DNA of 64,000 nucleotides, from contig CAZYBG010000003.1 of assembly GCA_964645155.1 (NCBI GenBank), positions 7,093 to 71,092 of the forward strand, in the 5' to 3' direction. The notes under the pieces were generated by a model that did not search any database, was not told where the DNA came from, and was given only the letters and a program-made list of their open reading frames with translations. Below, in pieces: positions 7,992-16,892 of this stretch. This stretch comes from an uncultured Rhodobacterales bacterium. GTDB lineage: Bacteria > Pseudomonadota > Alphaproteobacteria > Rhodobacterales > Rhodobacteraceae. The translations under genes and the position numbers were made by a program. Every line of letters starts with the position of its first letter. The first letter of the stretch is position 1.

Positions 7992-8681
7992 CGCCCTGCC
8001 CTTTACCCGTCCGCTGCCGCCCTAACGCTCACCGCGCTTTCCGGTTGCACCGAACGGCTGTCGGCCCTGCATCCGGCCGGACCGGCGGCGGCGACCATCG
8101 CGACCTTGTGGTGGATCCTGCTCGGCGGGGCTGCGCTGATCTTCCTGTTCGTGATGCTGCTCCTCGCGCTCGCGCTGCGGGCGCGGCCGGGTGCCGGCCG
8201 CGGCCCGGCGCAGGCGGGCGAGCGTGTCTGGCTCTGGGGCCTGGGGCTTGCCTTTCCGCTCGTCGTTCTGGCCGCGCTCACCGCCTACGGGCTGACGGTG
8301 GGCGAGCGGCTGCGGCCGCGCCCGTCGGACCGCGTGGTGACGGTCGGCGCCGAGGCCCGGCAATGGGCGTGGCGCTTTACCTATGCCGACGCGCCGGGGC
8401 TGGCGACCGAGGGCGTCCTCCATATCCCGGCGGGCCGGCCGGTCGATGTGCGGATCACCTCGCAGGACGTGATCCATTCCTTCTGGGTGCCGCGGCTCGC
8501 CGGTAAGCTCGACGCGGTACCGGGCCACGTGAACGTCCTGCGCATCGAGGCGGACCGGCCCGGCGAATATGCCGGCGTCAGCAGCGAATACAGCGGGCCG
8601 GGCTATCTCGACCACGGCTTCGCGGTGATCGCGCACGACCCCGCGCAGTGGCCGGCAGCACTGTCGGAGGCCACCCGATGA
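7920..8681 (+). CDS. Heme-copper oxidase subunit II, QoxA/CyoA-like (lipoprotein signal, CuA ligands lost)
   Basis: Lipobox and following block LTALSGC-TERLSALHPAGPAA resemble QoxA/CyoA (..GGC..LDPKGP.A). Two TM helices. Cupredoxin domain with DVIHSFWVP, but the CuA motif C-x-E-x-C-G-x2-H-x2-M reads SSEYSGPGYLDH. The start is uncertain: GTG 7920 is the nearest canonical start upstream of the lipobox, and TTG 8106 is the alternative. Confidence 0.7.
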   Translation: MKAFAHADRVDQRLVAILHHLVGHRPALYPSAAALTLTALSGCTERLSALHPAGPAAATIATLWWILLGGAALIFLFVMLLLALALRARPGAGRGPAQAGERVWLWGLGLAFPLVVLAALTAYGLTVGERLRPRPSDRVVTVGAEARQWAWRFTYADAPGLATEGVLHIPAGRPVDVRITSQDVIHSFWVPRLAGKLDAVPGHVNVLRIEADRPGEYAGVSSEYSGPGYLDHGFAVIAHDPAQWPAALSEATR

Positions 8682-11194
8682 CCGCGCTCCGCCGCCACCG
8701 GGCGCTGACGCGCATCTGGACCTCCGACCCGGGCTGGCGCGGCTGGCTCACGACGGTCAACCACACCGATGTCGGGCGGATGTTCCTCGTCACCTCGACG
8801 GTGTTCTTTCTGGTCGGCGGCATCCTGGCCATGCTGATCCGGGCGCAGCTCGCCTCGCCGCGATCGGCCTTCCTCGGCGCCGAGGCCTACGCGCAGGTCT
8901 TCACGATGCACGGCACCGTGATGATGTTCCTCTTTGCCATTCCGCTGATCGAGGGCCTCGCGCTCTACCTCCTGCCGAAGCTGCTCGGCAGCCGCGATCT
9001 CGCCTTCCCGCGCCTCTCGGCCTTCGGCTTCTGGTGCTACGCCTTCGGCGGCACGTTCCTCCTCGGCGCGATGGTGGCCGGGCTCGCCCCCGACGGCGGC
9101 TGGTTCATGTACCCGCCGCTGACCTCGTCGACCTACAGCCCGGGGATCAATGCCGATGTCTGGCTCCTGGGCGTCACCTTCGTCGAGATCTCTGCCGTCG
9201 CGGCGGCGGTCGAGATCACCGTGACGATCCTGCGCTTCCGCGCGGCCGGAATGGCGCTGTCGCGGATGCCGATCCTGGCCTGGTACCTGCTGGTGGTCGC
9301 GGTGATGATCCTCACCGCCTTCCCGCCGCTGATCCTCGGCTCGGTCCTGCTCGAGCTGGAGCGGGCCTTCGGCCTGCCGTTCTTCGACCCTACGCGCGGC
9401 GGCGACGCGCTGCTCTGGCAGCACCTGTTCTGGCTTTTCGGCCATCCGGAGGTCTACATCATCTTCCTGCCTGCCGCGGGCGTCGTCTCCACCGTCCTGC
9501 CGGTCATGGCGCGGACCGAACTCGTGGGCTACGGCTGGGTCGTGGCGGCCGCGATCGCGCTCGGCGTGCTCAGCTTCGGCATCTGGGTCCACCACATGTT
9601 CGCGACCGGCATCCCGCACATGGGCCTCGCCTTCTTCTCGGCGGCCTCGACGCTGGTCGCGGTGCCGACGGCGGTGCAGGTCTTTGCCTGGATCGGTACG
9701 CTCTGGCGCGGCGCGCCCGAACTGCGGCTGCCGATGATGTGGATCCTGGCCTTCTTCGCAACCTTCGTGATCGGCGGACTGACCGGCGTCATGGTGGCGG
9801 TGGTGCCGTTCGACTGGCAGGTGCACGACACCCATTTCATCGTCGCGCACCTGCACTACGTGCTGGTCGGCGGCTTCGTCTTCCCGATGCTCGCCGGGCT
9901 CTACCACTGGCTGCCGCACCTGACCGGCCGGCGCCGCTTCTTCAAGCTGGGCGAAGTGGCGTTCTGGCTGATCTTCGCCGGCTTCCACCTGACCTTCCTG
10001 CTGGTCCACTGGGTCGGGCTGATGGGCCAGCGGCGGCGTACCTTCACCTACGAACCGGGCCAGGGCTGGGAGGTCATCAACCTGATCGCCTCGGTCGGCG
10101 GCTTCGTGACCGCGATCGGCTTCGGCGTGGTGCTGCTCGACATCGTGCTGAACGCCGCGGTGGCGGTGCGCGGCCGCCGCAACCCCTGGCGCGCCGGAAC
10201 GCTCGAATGGGCGCAGCCGACACCGGCGCCGGCCTACAACTTCGCCTCGATCCCGTGCGTTCAGGGCCGCGAGCCGCTGGCGGACGATCCCGGTATCGGC
10301 CTCAGGATCGCGCGTGGCGAGTTCCTGCTCGGCGATACGGCGCGCGGCCGGCGCGAGACGCTGATGGTCAGCGTGGCAACGGGCCGGCCCGCGGCGGTCG
10401 TGGTCTTTCCCGGCAACACCGCGCTGCCGATGCTGCTTGCGGCGGTCACCGGCAGCTTCTTCGCCGGCGTGCTCTTCAAGCTCTACTGGCTCATCCCGCT
10501 TGCGGTGCTCGGCATCGCGGCGCTGGCGATGCACTGGGCCTGGCAGCTCGGCACCACCGCCGACGAGGGGCCGGTCGATGCCGGGATGGGCCTCCGTCTG
10601 CCGCTCGCCTCCGAGACGCCGGACCCGCCGGGCTGGTGGGGCTCGCTGTTCCTTCTGCTGGCCGATGCCGTGCTCTTCGGCGCGCTTCTCTTCGGCTATG
10701 CCTTCCTCTGGACGGTCGCCCCGAACTGGCCGCCGCCCGCCTATCCCGCGCCCGAGGCGCTGGGGCTCGCGCTCGCCGCGGCGGGTGCCGCGGCCGCGGC
10801 GGCGGGCCCCCGGCTTGCCGGCGGTGCCATCGCCCGCGGCGGCGGCACCCGGGCGGGGGCGGTTCGGGGGGCGGTCCGGGGGGCGTTTCCGGGGTTGGTC
10901 CTCGGGCTCGCCGGCTGCGGCGCGCTTTGCGGCGCGGCGGCGACGCTCGCGCTCGCCGCCGATCCGACCGGCCATGCGCATGGCGCGACGCTCTGGGCGA
11001 TCGCGGGCTACATCGTGCTCCACGCCGCGCTGGCGGGCCTGATGCACCTCTACCTCATCGCCCGGGTGGCGCGCGGCTACGCCTCGCCCGCACGGATCGG
11101 CGAGGCGCGGATCCTGCGGCTCTGGGCCGACTGGGCGGCCGTGACGGCGCTGGCGGGGCTTGCCGCCGGCTGGGCGCCGGGGGTCGCGGCATGA
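8678..11194 (+). CDS. Heme-copper oxidase subunit I fused to a subunit III-like C-terminal domain
   Basis: ATGA overlap with subunit II. Subunit I motifs are all present: FTMHGTVMMF, WLFGHPEVYIIFLPAAG, WVHHMFATG, HDTHFIVAHLHYV. The C-terminal ~290 aa carry subunit III-like helices (GWWGSLFLLLADAVLFGALLFGYAFLW). Confidence 0.85.
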   Translation: MTALRRHRALTRIWTSDPGWRGWLTTVNHTDVGRMFLVTSTVFFLVGGILAMLIRAQLASPRSAFLGAEAYAQVFTMHGTVMMFLFAIPLIEGLALYLLPKLLGSRDLAFPRLSAFGFWCYAFGGTFLLGAMVAGLAPDGGWFMYPPLTSSTYSPGINADVWLLGVTFVEISAVAAAVEITVTILRFRAAGMALSRMPILAWYLLVVAVMILTAFPPLILGSVLLELERAFGLPFFDPTRGGDALLWQHLFWLFGHPEVYIIFLPAAGVVSTVLPVMARTELVGYGWVVAAAIALGVLSFGIWVHHMFATGIPHMGLAFFSAASTLVAVPTAVQVFAWIGTLWRGAPELRLPMMWILAFFATFVIGGLTGVMVAVVPFDWQVHDTHFIVAHLHYVLVGGFVFPMLAGLYHWLPHLTGRRRFFKLGEVAFWLIFAGFHLTFLLVHWVGLMGQRRRTFTYEPGQGWEVINLIASVGGFVTAIGFGVVLLDIVLNAAVAVRGRRNPWRAGTLEWAQPTPAPAYNFASIPCVQGREPLADDPGIGLRIARGEFLLGDTARGRRETLMVSVATGRPAAVVVFPGNTALPMLLAAVTGSFFAGVLFKLYWLIPLAVLGIAALAMHWAWQLGTTADEGPVDAGMGLRLPLASETPDPPGWWGSLFLLLADAVLFGALLFGYAFLWTVAPNWPPPAYPAPEALGLALAAAGAAAAAAGPRLAGGAIARGGGTRAGAVRGAVRGAFPGLVLGLAGCGALCGAAATLALAADPTGHAHGATLWAIAGYIVLHAALAGLMHLYLIARVARGYASPARIGEARILRLWADWAAVTALAGLAAGWAPGVAA

Positions 11195-11493
11195 CGCTGA
11201 TCCTGCGCCTTTCGCTGCCGCTGTCGCTGTGGCTCGCCTGCTTCAGCGCCGTCTACGGGCTGCAGGGCCTGGCCTGCTCGCGCCACTGGCCGCCGGGGCT
11301 CGAGGCCCGCCCGGTGCTGGTCGGAGCCGCTGCGCTCGCGATCCTGCTGCAGCTCGGGCTGTTCCGGCTGGCTGCGCGGGACCCGGCCGGCGCCGACCCG
11401 GCCGCCAAGCTTGCGTTGCCGCTCTGGCTGACCGCGCTCGTTGCCTCCGGCTGGACGCTGCTGCCCACCGTCTTCACCACGATCTGCGGCTGA
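11191..11493 (+). CDS. Small membrane protein (possible oxidase subunit IV-like)
   Basis: 100-aa ORF with ATGA overlap to subunit I/III. Three hydrophobic segments. Position is equivalent to small subunits in oxidase operons. Confidence 0.45.
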   Translation: MTLILRLSLPLSLWLACFSAVYGLQGLACSRHWPPGLEARPVLVGAAALAILLQLGLFRLAARDPAGADPAAKLALPLWLTALVASGWTLLPTVFTTICG

Positions 11494-11565
11494 GCCGCCG
11501 GCCCGCCAGCGGGGCGCGGGTGCAGCCGCCCGGCGCGCGGCACGCCGGGGCGGCCGGCGGCAACG

Positions 11566-12723
11566 TCAGGCCAGGCGCTCGAGGATCGCGGCGACGCGGC
11601 CGGCCGCGGCGGGGCCGGGGCGCTGGGCATGGAACCTGGCGAGCCGCAGCGCGACCGCGCCGAGGCACCAGTCGAAGCCCGGTCCCGCAGCGGCCCGCAC
11701 CATGGCAGCGGCGGCCGCGACGGTCGCCGTCGGCAGCGCGCCGTCGGCCTCGGCCTGCCAGAGCCGCCCGTAAAGCTGCGCAAGGTCGTAGTCGGGCGGG
11801 CCGAGCGCGAGGCTTTCGGTGTCGATCAGCACGCTTCGCCGGCCGTCGAGGAACAGGTGCTCGAGCTTCATGTCGCCATGGATCGGCCGGAGGGCGAGGC
11901 GGGGCACGCGTGCCTCGAGGCGGGCGAGGATGGCCTTCATCGGCGCCAGCGCGGCGGGGACGGTGACGCGGGCGAGGTCGAGGCAGTCGCGCCCGCGGCG
12001 CAGGAGCGCCGCGGCACCGAGCGTGCGGACCGGGGTGACCCGTGCCCGCCAGAGCCGGGCGAGCGCGTCGATGGCCTGGCCCATCGGCGCGGGGTCGCCG
12101 GCGGCAGCAAGCGCTGCCTCGAGCGGGATGCCGGGCGCCGCACCGTAGCCGATGGCGGCCAGCGCGGCGTCGGTCCCGGTGACTGGCGCGACGCCCACGG
12201 GCGTGCGGCGCAGCGCATCGGCCAGCGCCGCGTTGACCTGCGCAAGCGCCTGCACCGGCTCGTCGCGGATCAGCTTGACGTAGGCGGCCGCACCATCGGC
12301 CCGGGCGCAGCGGAACGTGCAGGAGAGGCCCGGCCGGTAGCGAAGCAGGACCGGCACGCCGGCCGGCGCGCCGCCGATCAGGGCCGCACCGGCCTCGGGG
12401 TAGGTCTTGAGGAACGCGCGGATCTCGGGCATCCGGTGATCCTGCGGGAACGGCTCGAAAAGCGCGCGGGTGTCGCGGTCGAAGACTGCGGCGCGGTTCC
12501 GATCAGCCAGCCGGCTGGCCTTGTCGCCGGCGAAGAGCCAGAGCGTTCCCTGGCCGGCCACCCCCTGCCCCGGCCCGCCGATCGAGAGCTGGACGATCGC
12601 GCGCTGTCCGGCCCGATAGCGCAGCCGCATCACCTCCACCCGCTCGGCCGCCGCGATCCGGCGCAGCGCGGCGGCATCAAGGCGGCTCAGCCCGGGCAGC
12701 GCCGGGTCGTCAATCGCGATCAT
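11566..12723 (-). CDS. Protein-kinase-like fold phosphotransferase (APH / Kdo-WaaP-like), paralog 1
   Basis: ATG 12723 (MIAIDDPALPGL). Catalytic loop IHGDMKLEHLFL and metal-binding block LIDTESL. Last gene of the REC-GT operon, overlapping the upstream gene by 14 nt. Confidence 0.65.
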   Translation of the reverse strand: MIAIDDPALPGLSRLDAAALRRIAAAERVEVMRLRYRAGQRAIVQLSIGGPGQGVAGQGTLWLFAGDKASRLADRNRAAVFDRDTRALFEPFPQDHRMPEIRAFLKTYPEAGAALIGGAPAGVPVLLRYRPGLSCTFRCARADGAAAYVKLIRDEPVQALAQVNAALADALRRTPVGVAPVTGTDAALAAIGYGAAPGIPLEAALAAAGDPAPMGQAIDALARLWRARVTPVRTLGAAALLRRGRDCLDLARVTVPAALAPMKAILARLEARVPRLALRPIHGDMKLEHLFLDGRRSVLIDTESLALGPPDYDLAQLYGRLWQAEADGALPTATVAAAAAMVRAAAGPGFDWCLGAVALRLARFHAQRPGPAAAGRVAAILERLA

Positions 12724-13957
12724 CGCGCAGCGCCTCGCGCAGCAGGGAGCCGAGCACCGCATCGGACATCCCGGTGAAGGCATGGATCATGGCAAGCCGG
12801 AGGAGCGCCGCCCGCCGCCAGGGCCAGAGCCCCGGCCGCGCCCGGCGCGGCAGTGTGCCGGCGAGGGCGGCCGCGGCCGCAGCGGTATGGGTCCGGCCGA
12901 TCAGCCCGGCGAGGACAAGATGCGCCTGATAGTTCCCTGCGTCGAGCGCCGGATCGCCGAGGCAGAGCGTATCGAAATCGAGAACCCCGATGCGGCTCCG
13001 CGTCGCGCGGAGCTGCTTTTCGTGCAGGTCGCGGTGGCAAGGCGCGAGCGGACCCGCCGCCGCCAGCCGCGCCGAGACATCCGCCACCGGCCGGCGCAGC
13101 GCCACGGCCAAATCGGGAAAGGTCGCCGCCGTCCGCGCCAGCCACTGGCCGAGCAGCGCCGCCTCGTCGGTCCCCTGATGGCGCGGCAGGTCGCTGACCG
13201 GCAGCGCCTGCAGCGCCGCGATCGCCGCGCCGATCCGCGCGCCGGCAGCGGGGTCGAAGGCCGCGGGCGCCTGCCCCGGCAGTGCCGAGATCAGCGACAG
13301 CCCCAGTGTCTCGACCTGGCCCAGAGGCTCCGGGATGCGAAGCACCGGCGCGTCGGCCAGCGCGCGCCAGAGGGCGAGGTGCCGGTGCGCACGCGCGGCG
13401 GCCTCGCCGCACTTGACCGTGCGGAGCCGGGCATAGAGTACGCGGGCCCCCAGATCGAGCCGCAGCACCGCGCGCCTGCCCAGGCGGTGGGCGGCCAGCG
13501 TGACGCGCACCGGCCCCGGATCCCGGCCGAGAAGTGCCGCCAGAACCTCGCGCGCGAAGCCCGCGTCGTGCAGCAGCCGCAGCCCCGGCAGCCGCGCGTC
13601 GAGCCCCGGCCCGCGCAGGACCAGCCCGCGGGCCGGATCGGCGACGACCGGCGTCGCGGCCAGACCCTCGCGCTGGCCGTTGCGCCGCTTGCGAAGGCTT
13701 GCGGCCTCTTGCCGGGCATGGCCTTCGGGGTCGTCCGGCACATGCTCGGCAAGAACGATCCGCTGCTGCCCGTCACGCATCCGGGCGCGGAACTGGAACT
13801 GCACCGGGCGGTGGCCGGGAAAGTGCGTCCGCTCGAGGACCAGCCCGAGGGGCGCTTCGCCCAGATGCGCGGCGAGGCTTTCGGTCGAGGGCCCCTGCCG
13901 CAGGACGGTGGCGAGCGCGCCCTCGCCGCGGCGCCGACCGATGCAGGGCGCAGTCAT
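12710..13957 (-). CDS. Protein-kinase-like fold phosphotransferase (APH / Kdo-WaaP-like), paralog 2
   Basis: ATG 13957 in an ATGA overlap with the ABC gene stop. Catalytic loop CHRDLHEKQL and VLDFDTL block. N-lobe similar to paralog 1 (LPGL..L.DA). Confidence 0.65.
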   Translation of the reverse strand: MTAPCIGRRRGEGALATVLRQGPSTESLAAHLGEAPLGLVLERTHFPGHRPVQFQFRARMRDGQQRIVLAEHVPDDPEGHARQEAASLRKRRNGQREGLAATPVVADPARGLVLRGPGLDARLPGLRLLHDAGFAREVLAALLGRDPGPVRVTLAAHRLGRRAVLRLDLGARVLYARLRTVKCGEAAARAHRHLALWRALADAPVLRIPEPLGQVETLGLSLISALPGQAPAAFDPAAGARIGAAIAALQALPVSDLPRHQGTDEAALLGQWLARTAATFPDLAVALRRPVADVSARLAAAGPLAPCHRDLHEKQLRATRSRIGVLDFDTLCLGDPALDAGNYQAHLVLAGLIGRTHTAAAAAALAGTLPRRARPGLWPWRRAALLRLAMIHAFTGMSDAVLGSLLREALRDDRD

Positions 13958-15723
13958 GTCCCGACCTTCCGTGCCCCCTCGGGCGGGCGGTCGGCGAAGC
14001 GCCCGTCGCGCAGCTCCACGGCCCGGTCGGCCAGCGACAGCGACAGCGCGTCGTGGGCGACGAGCAGCGTGGTGCGCCCGGCCGCGGCCCGGCAGAGCCC
14101 GGCGAGCAGGCTCTGCGCGGTGGCGCCGTCGAGGCCGGTGAGCGGCTCGTCGAGGATGAGGATCGGCGCATCGCGCAGGATCGCCCGGGCGATGGCGATG
14201 CGCTGCCGCTGGCCGCCCGACAGCGTCTCGCCGCGTTCGCCGAGCACCGTCTCGTAGCCGTCGGGCAGCGCGCGGACAAAGCCGTCGGCCTCGGCCGCCC
14301 GCGCGGCGGCCACGATCTCCTCCTCGGTCGCGTCGAGGCGACCGTAGGCGATGTTGTCGCGCACCGTCGTGCCGAACAGAACGCTGTCCTGCAGCACGAC
14401 CGAGATGTTGTTGCGCAGGCTGTCGAGCGTAAAGTCGCGCAGATCCCGCCCGTCGATCCGCACGCTGCCCGCCGCGGGGTCGTAGAACCGCATCAGGAGC
14501 CGCGCGACGGTCGACTTGCCGGCGCCGCTGGGGCCGACCAGCGCCACGACTTCGCCGGGGCGGACCTCCAGGCTTGCGCCCCGCAGGACCGGCGCACCGC
14601 CGGGATAGGCGAACGTCACGTCGTCCACCTTCACGCGGCCCTCGAACCGCGGCGCGGCGACGGCGTCGGGGCGTTCGGCCACGTCGGGCGCGAGGTCGAA
14701 GATCTCGAGCAGGCGCTCGCCAGACGCGGTTGCCTTCGCGACCCGCGCCATCATCGCCGCCATCTTGCGGACCGGCTTGTAGAGCGTCGCGAGATAGGCG
14801 GTGAAGACCAGCAGGTCGCCGGGGCTGATCGCGCCGCCGCGGACCCGCATCACGCCGTACCACAGCACCAGCGCGGTCCCGAGCGCCAGGAGTACCTGCG
14901 TCACCCGGTCCATGTTCGCGGCAAGCTTGGTCGTCACGACCCCGGCTTCGGCCGAGGAGTTGTTCTGCCGGGCGAAGCGTTCCTCCTCGTGCGCCTCGCG
15001 CGCGAAGCCCTTCACCACGTTGATCGCCGAGATGCCCTCGGTCATCACCACCGCGATCTTCCCCTCCTTTCGGCGCTGCCGGCGCGCCGCGCCTCGGATC
15101 CGCGTGCCGAAATGGCGCGCGACCAGCCACAGCGCCGGCAGGATCGCCAGCGCAGCCAGCGTCAGCCGCCAGTCGAGCCAGGCCATCACCGCGACTGTCA
15201 ACCCGATCACCAGCGTCCGGGCGGCGAAAAACACCGCCGCGTCGATCAGCAGGTCGCGCATCATCCGAACGTCGCCGGTCAGCCGCGAGATGATATCCCC
15301 CGAAGAGGCCGTGTCGTGGAACGAATGCGACAGCCGCTGCACGTGCCGGTAGAGGTCGAGCCGGATCTCGGCCACGACCTTCTGGCCGACGGCGGCGATG
15401 AGGTATGCCTGCGCGAAGCCCGCCGCGCCCGCGACGAGCGCGATGGCGAGAATCGCGCCGGCCGAGGCCGCAAGCAGGCCGTCCCCGGCGCCGAAAGTCG
15501 CGATCATCCAGCCGGTCACCGGGTCGGGCTGCGGTTGCGGAAGCAGGATCCCGTCGAACACGACCTTGAGCGGCCAGGGCCGCAGCACCTCGGCGACGGC
15601 GACCGCGATCATTGCGAGGAATCCCAGCGCAAGCTTCCTCCGGTGGGGGCGCAGATGCGGCCCCATCCGGCGAAAGAGGCGCACCAGCGCCCCGGCTTCG
15701 ACCGCGCGCCGCCGGCCGCTCAT
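13954..15723 (-). CDS. ABC exporter, fused permease/ATPase (MsbA/NdvA-type)
   Basis: 589 aa. Six-TM N-terminal domain followed by Walker A GPSGAGKST, signature LSGGQRQRIAIARAIL and Walker B LILDEP. Confidence 0.85.
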   Translation of the reverse strand: MSGRRRAVEAGALVRLFRRMGPHLRPHRRKLALGFLAMIAVAVAEVLRPWPLKVVFDGILLPQPQPDPVTGWMIATFGAGDGLLAASAGAILAIALVAGAAGFAQAYLIAAVGQKVVAEIRLDLYRHVQRLSHSFHDTASSGDIISRLTGDVRMMRDLLIDAAVFFAARTLVIGLTVAVMAWLDWRLTLAALAILPALWLVARHFGTRIRGAARRQRRKEGKIAVVMTEGISAINVVKGFAREAHEEERFARQNNSSAEAGVVTTKLAANMDRVTQVLLALGTALVLWYGVMRVRGGAISPGDLLVFTAYLATLYKPVRKMAAMMARVAKATASGERLLEIFDLAPDVAERPDAVAAPRFEGRVKVDDVTFAYPGGAPVLRGASLEVRPGEVVALVGPSGAGKSTVARLLMRFYDPAAGSVRIDGRDLRDFTLDSLRNNISVVLQDSVLFGTTVRDNIAYGRLDATEEEIVAAARAAEADGFVRALPDGYETVLGERGETLSGGQRQRIAIARAILRDAPILILDEPLTGLDGATAQSLLAGLCRAAAGRTTLLVAHDALSLSLADRAVELRDGRFADRPPEGARKVGT

Positions 15724-16892
15724 GCCGCGGCGCTTTCGGCGGCGGCGAGCCGCAGGACCGCCCGGGCGTTGCGGGTCCAGTCATGCCGCGCGCCCTCGGC
15801 GGCGGCGGCGCGGGCCATCCGGCGGCATGCGGCCGGGCTGCGCGAGAGGCGCAGCATCTCGGCCGCGAGTGCGCCGGCATCGCCCGGCGGCAGGAGGACC
15901 GCGGCGGCCGAGCCGCTGAGCAGTTCCGACGTCTGGCCGATGTCGCTGGCCAGCACCGGCCGGCCCATGGCGAGGTATTCGTAGAGTTTGAGCGGCGAGA
16001 AATAGTGCGTCTCCGATGCGGGATAGGGCGCGGTCGCCACATCCATCCGCGCGATCAGCGGCGGCAGGGCGGCGTGGTCGACCCACCCCGCCAGTGTCAT
16101 CGCCCCGGCGATTCCCGCGCCGGCGACGAAGCCCTCGATCCAGCCGCGTTTCGGCCCGTCGCCGAGGACGAGGAGATGCGCCCGCGGCTCGGCCGCGCGA
16201 AAGCCGCGGAACGCCTCCATCAGCACATCGACGCCGTGCCACATCTTCAGCGATCCGGTGAAGCCGACGACAAAGGACCCCGCGGGGATGCCCGGCAGAT
16301 CGGCCGGCGCCACATCGGGGCGGAAATGCGCGGTGTCGACCGCGTTGCCGACCACATGGACGCGGCCCGCCGCCGCGCCGGCGCCGAGCAGCCAGTCCGC
16401 GACCTGCCCCGAGACGGCGACAAGCGCGCTTGCCCCGGCGATGACCTCGGCCTCGATCGCCGCGGCCTCGGCCTCGCAGACGAGGCTCCGGAACGCCGCC
16501 TGCTCGAGGCGGAGCGGCGCGTTGACCTCGACCACCGCCGGCACGCCCAGCCGGCGCCCGGCGCGAATGCCCGCGGCCGACCAGAGCGAGTAGCGTTCGT
16601 AGATCAGGTCGAAGGGCCACTCCGCATGCAGCGCCACCAGGCGCGCCGCGATCGCGTCGGCCTGCGCGATCGCGGCGCGTTCCTTGTCGCCGCGGCCGGC
16701 TCCGGCGACGGTCTGGCCGACTTCCTCGACGATCAGCCCGCGGGGCAGCCCCTCGCCGCGACGCGCGGCGACGGCGCGCGCCTCGTGGCCAAGCGCCGCG
16801 AAGGCGCGCATCATCTCCTGGACGTGGATCGAGGCGCCCTTCTCGCCGAAGACCGGGATGCCGCGATCGGCGCTGACATAGGCGATGCGCAT
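15720..16892 (-). CDS. Glycosyltransferase family 4
   Basis: Start MRIAYVSADRGIPVFGEKGASIHVQE. C-terminal GT-B block FSPLKLYEYLAMGRPVLAS. ATGA overlap with the ABC gene and 1-nt TGATG overlap upstream. Confidence 0.8.
   Translation of the reverse strand: MRIAYVSADRGIPVFGEKGASIHVQEMMRAFAALGHEARAVAARRGEGLPRGLIVEEVGQTVAGAGRGDKERAAIAQADAIAARLVALHAEWPFDLIYERYSLWSAAGIRAGRRLGVPAVVEVNAPLRLEQAAFRSLVCEAEAAAIEAEVIAGASALVAVSGQVADWLLGAGAAAGRVHVVGNAVDTAHFRPDVAPADLPGIPAGSFVVGFTGSLKMWHGVDVLMEAFRGFRAAEPRAHLLVLGDGPKRGWIEGFVAGAGIAGAMTLAGWVDHAALPPLIARMDVATAPYPASETHYFSPLKLYEYLAMGRPVLASDIGQTSELLSGSAAAVLLPPGDAGALAAEMLRLSRSPAACRRMARAAAAEGARHDWTRNARAVLRLAAAESAAA

Noticed and set aside
8603-11047. 814-aa minus-strand ORF (and 9034-11493 on the plus strand) overlapping oxidase subunit I
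   Set aside because: Off-frame or antisense readings of a gene with unmistakable heme-copper oxidase motifs. Only the last 100 codons of the 9034-11493 frame (from ATG 11191) are kept as a real small gene.
11494-11561. 10-nt inverted repeat gccgccggcc / ggccggcggc between the convergent oxidase and kinase operons
   Set aside because: The arms are about 48 nt apart and made of simple GC-rich sequence with no T-tract. This is too weak to call a terminator.
12782-15984. Long plus-strand ORFs (12782-14257, 13534-15984) antisense to the kinase-like and ABC genes
   Set aside because: Arg/Pro/Gly-rich with no motifs. The minus-strand genes have Walker, signature and kinase motifs.
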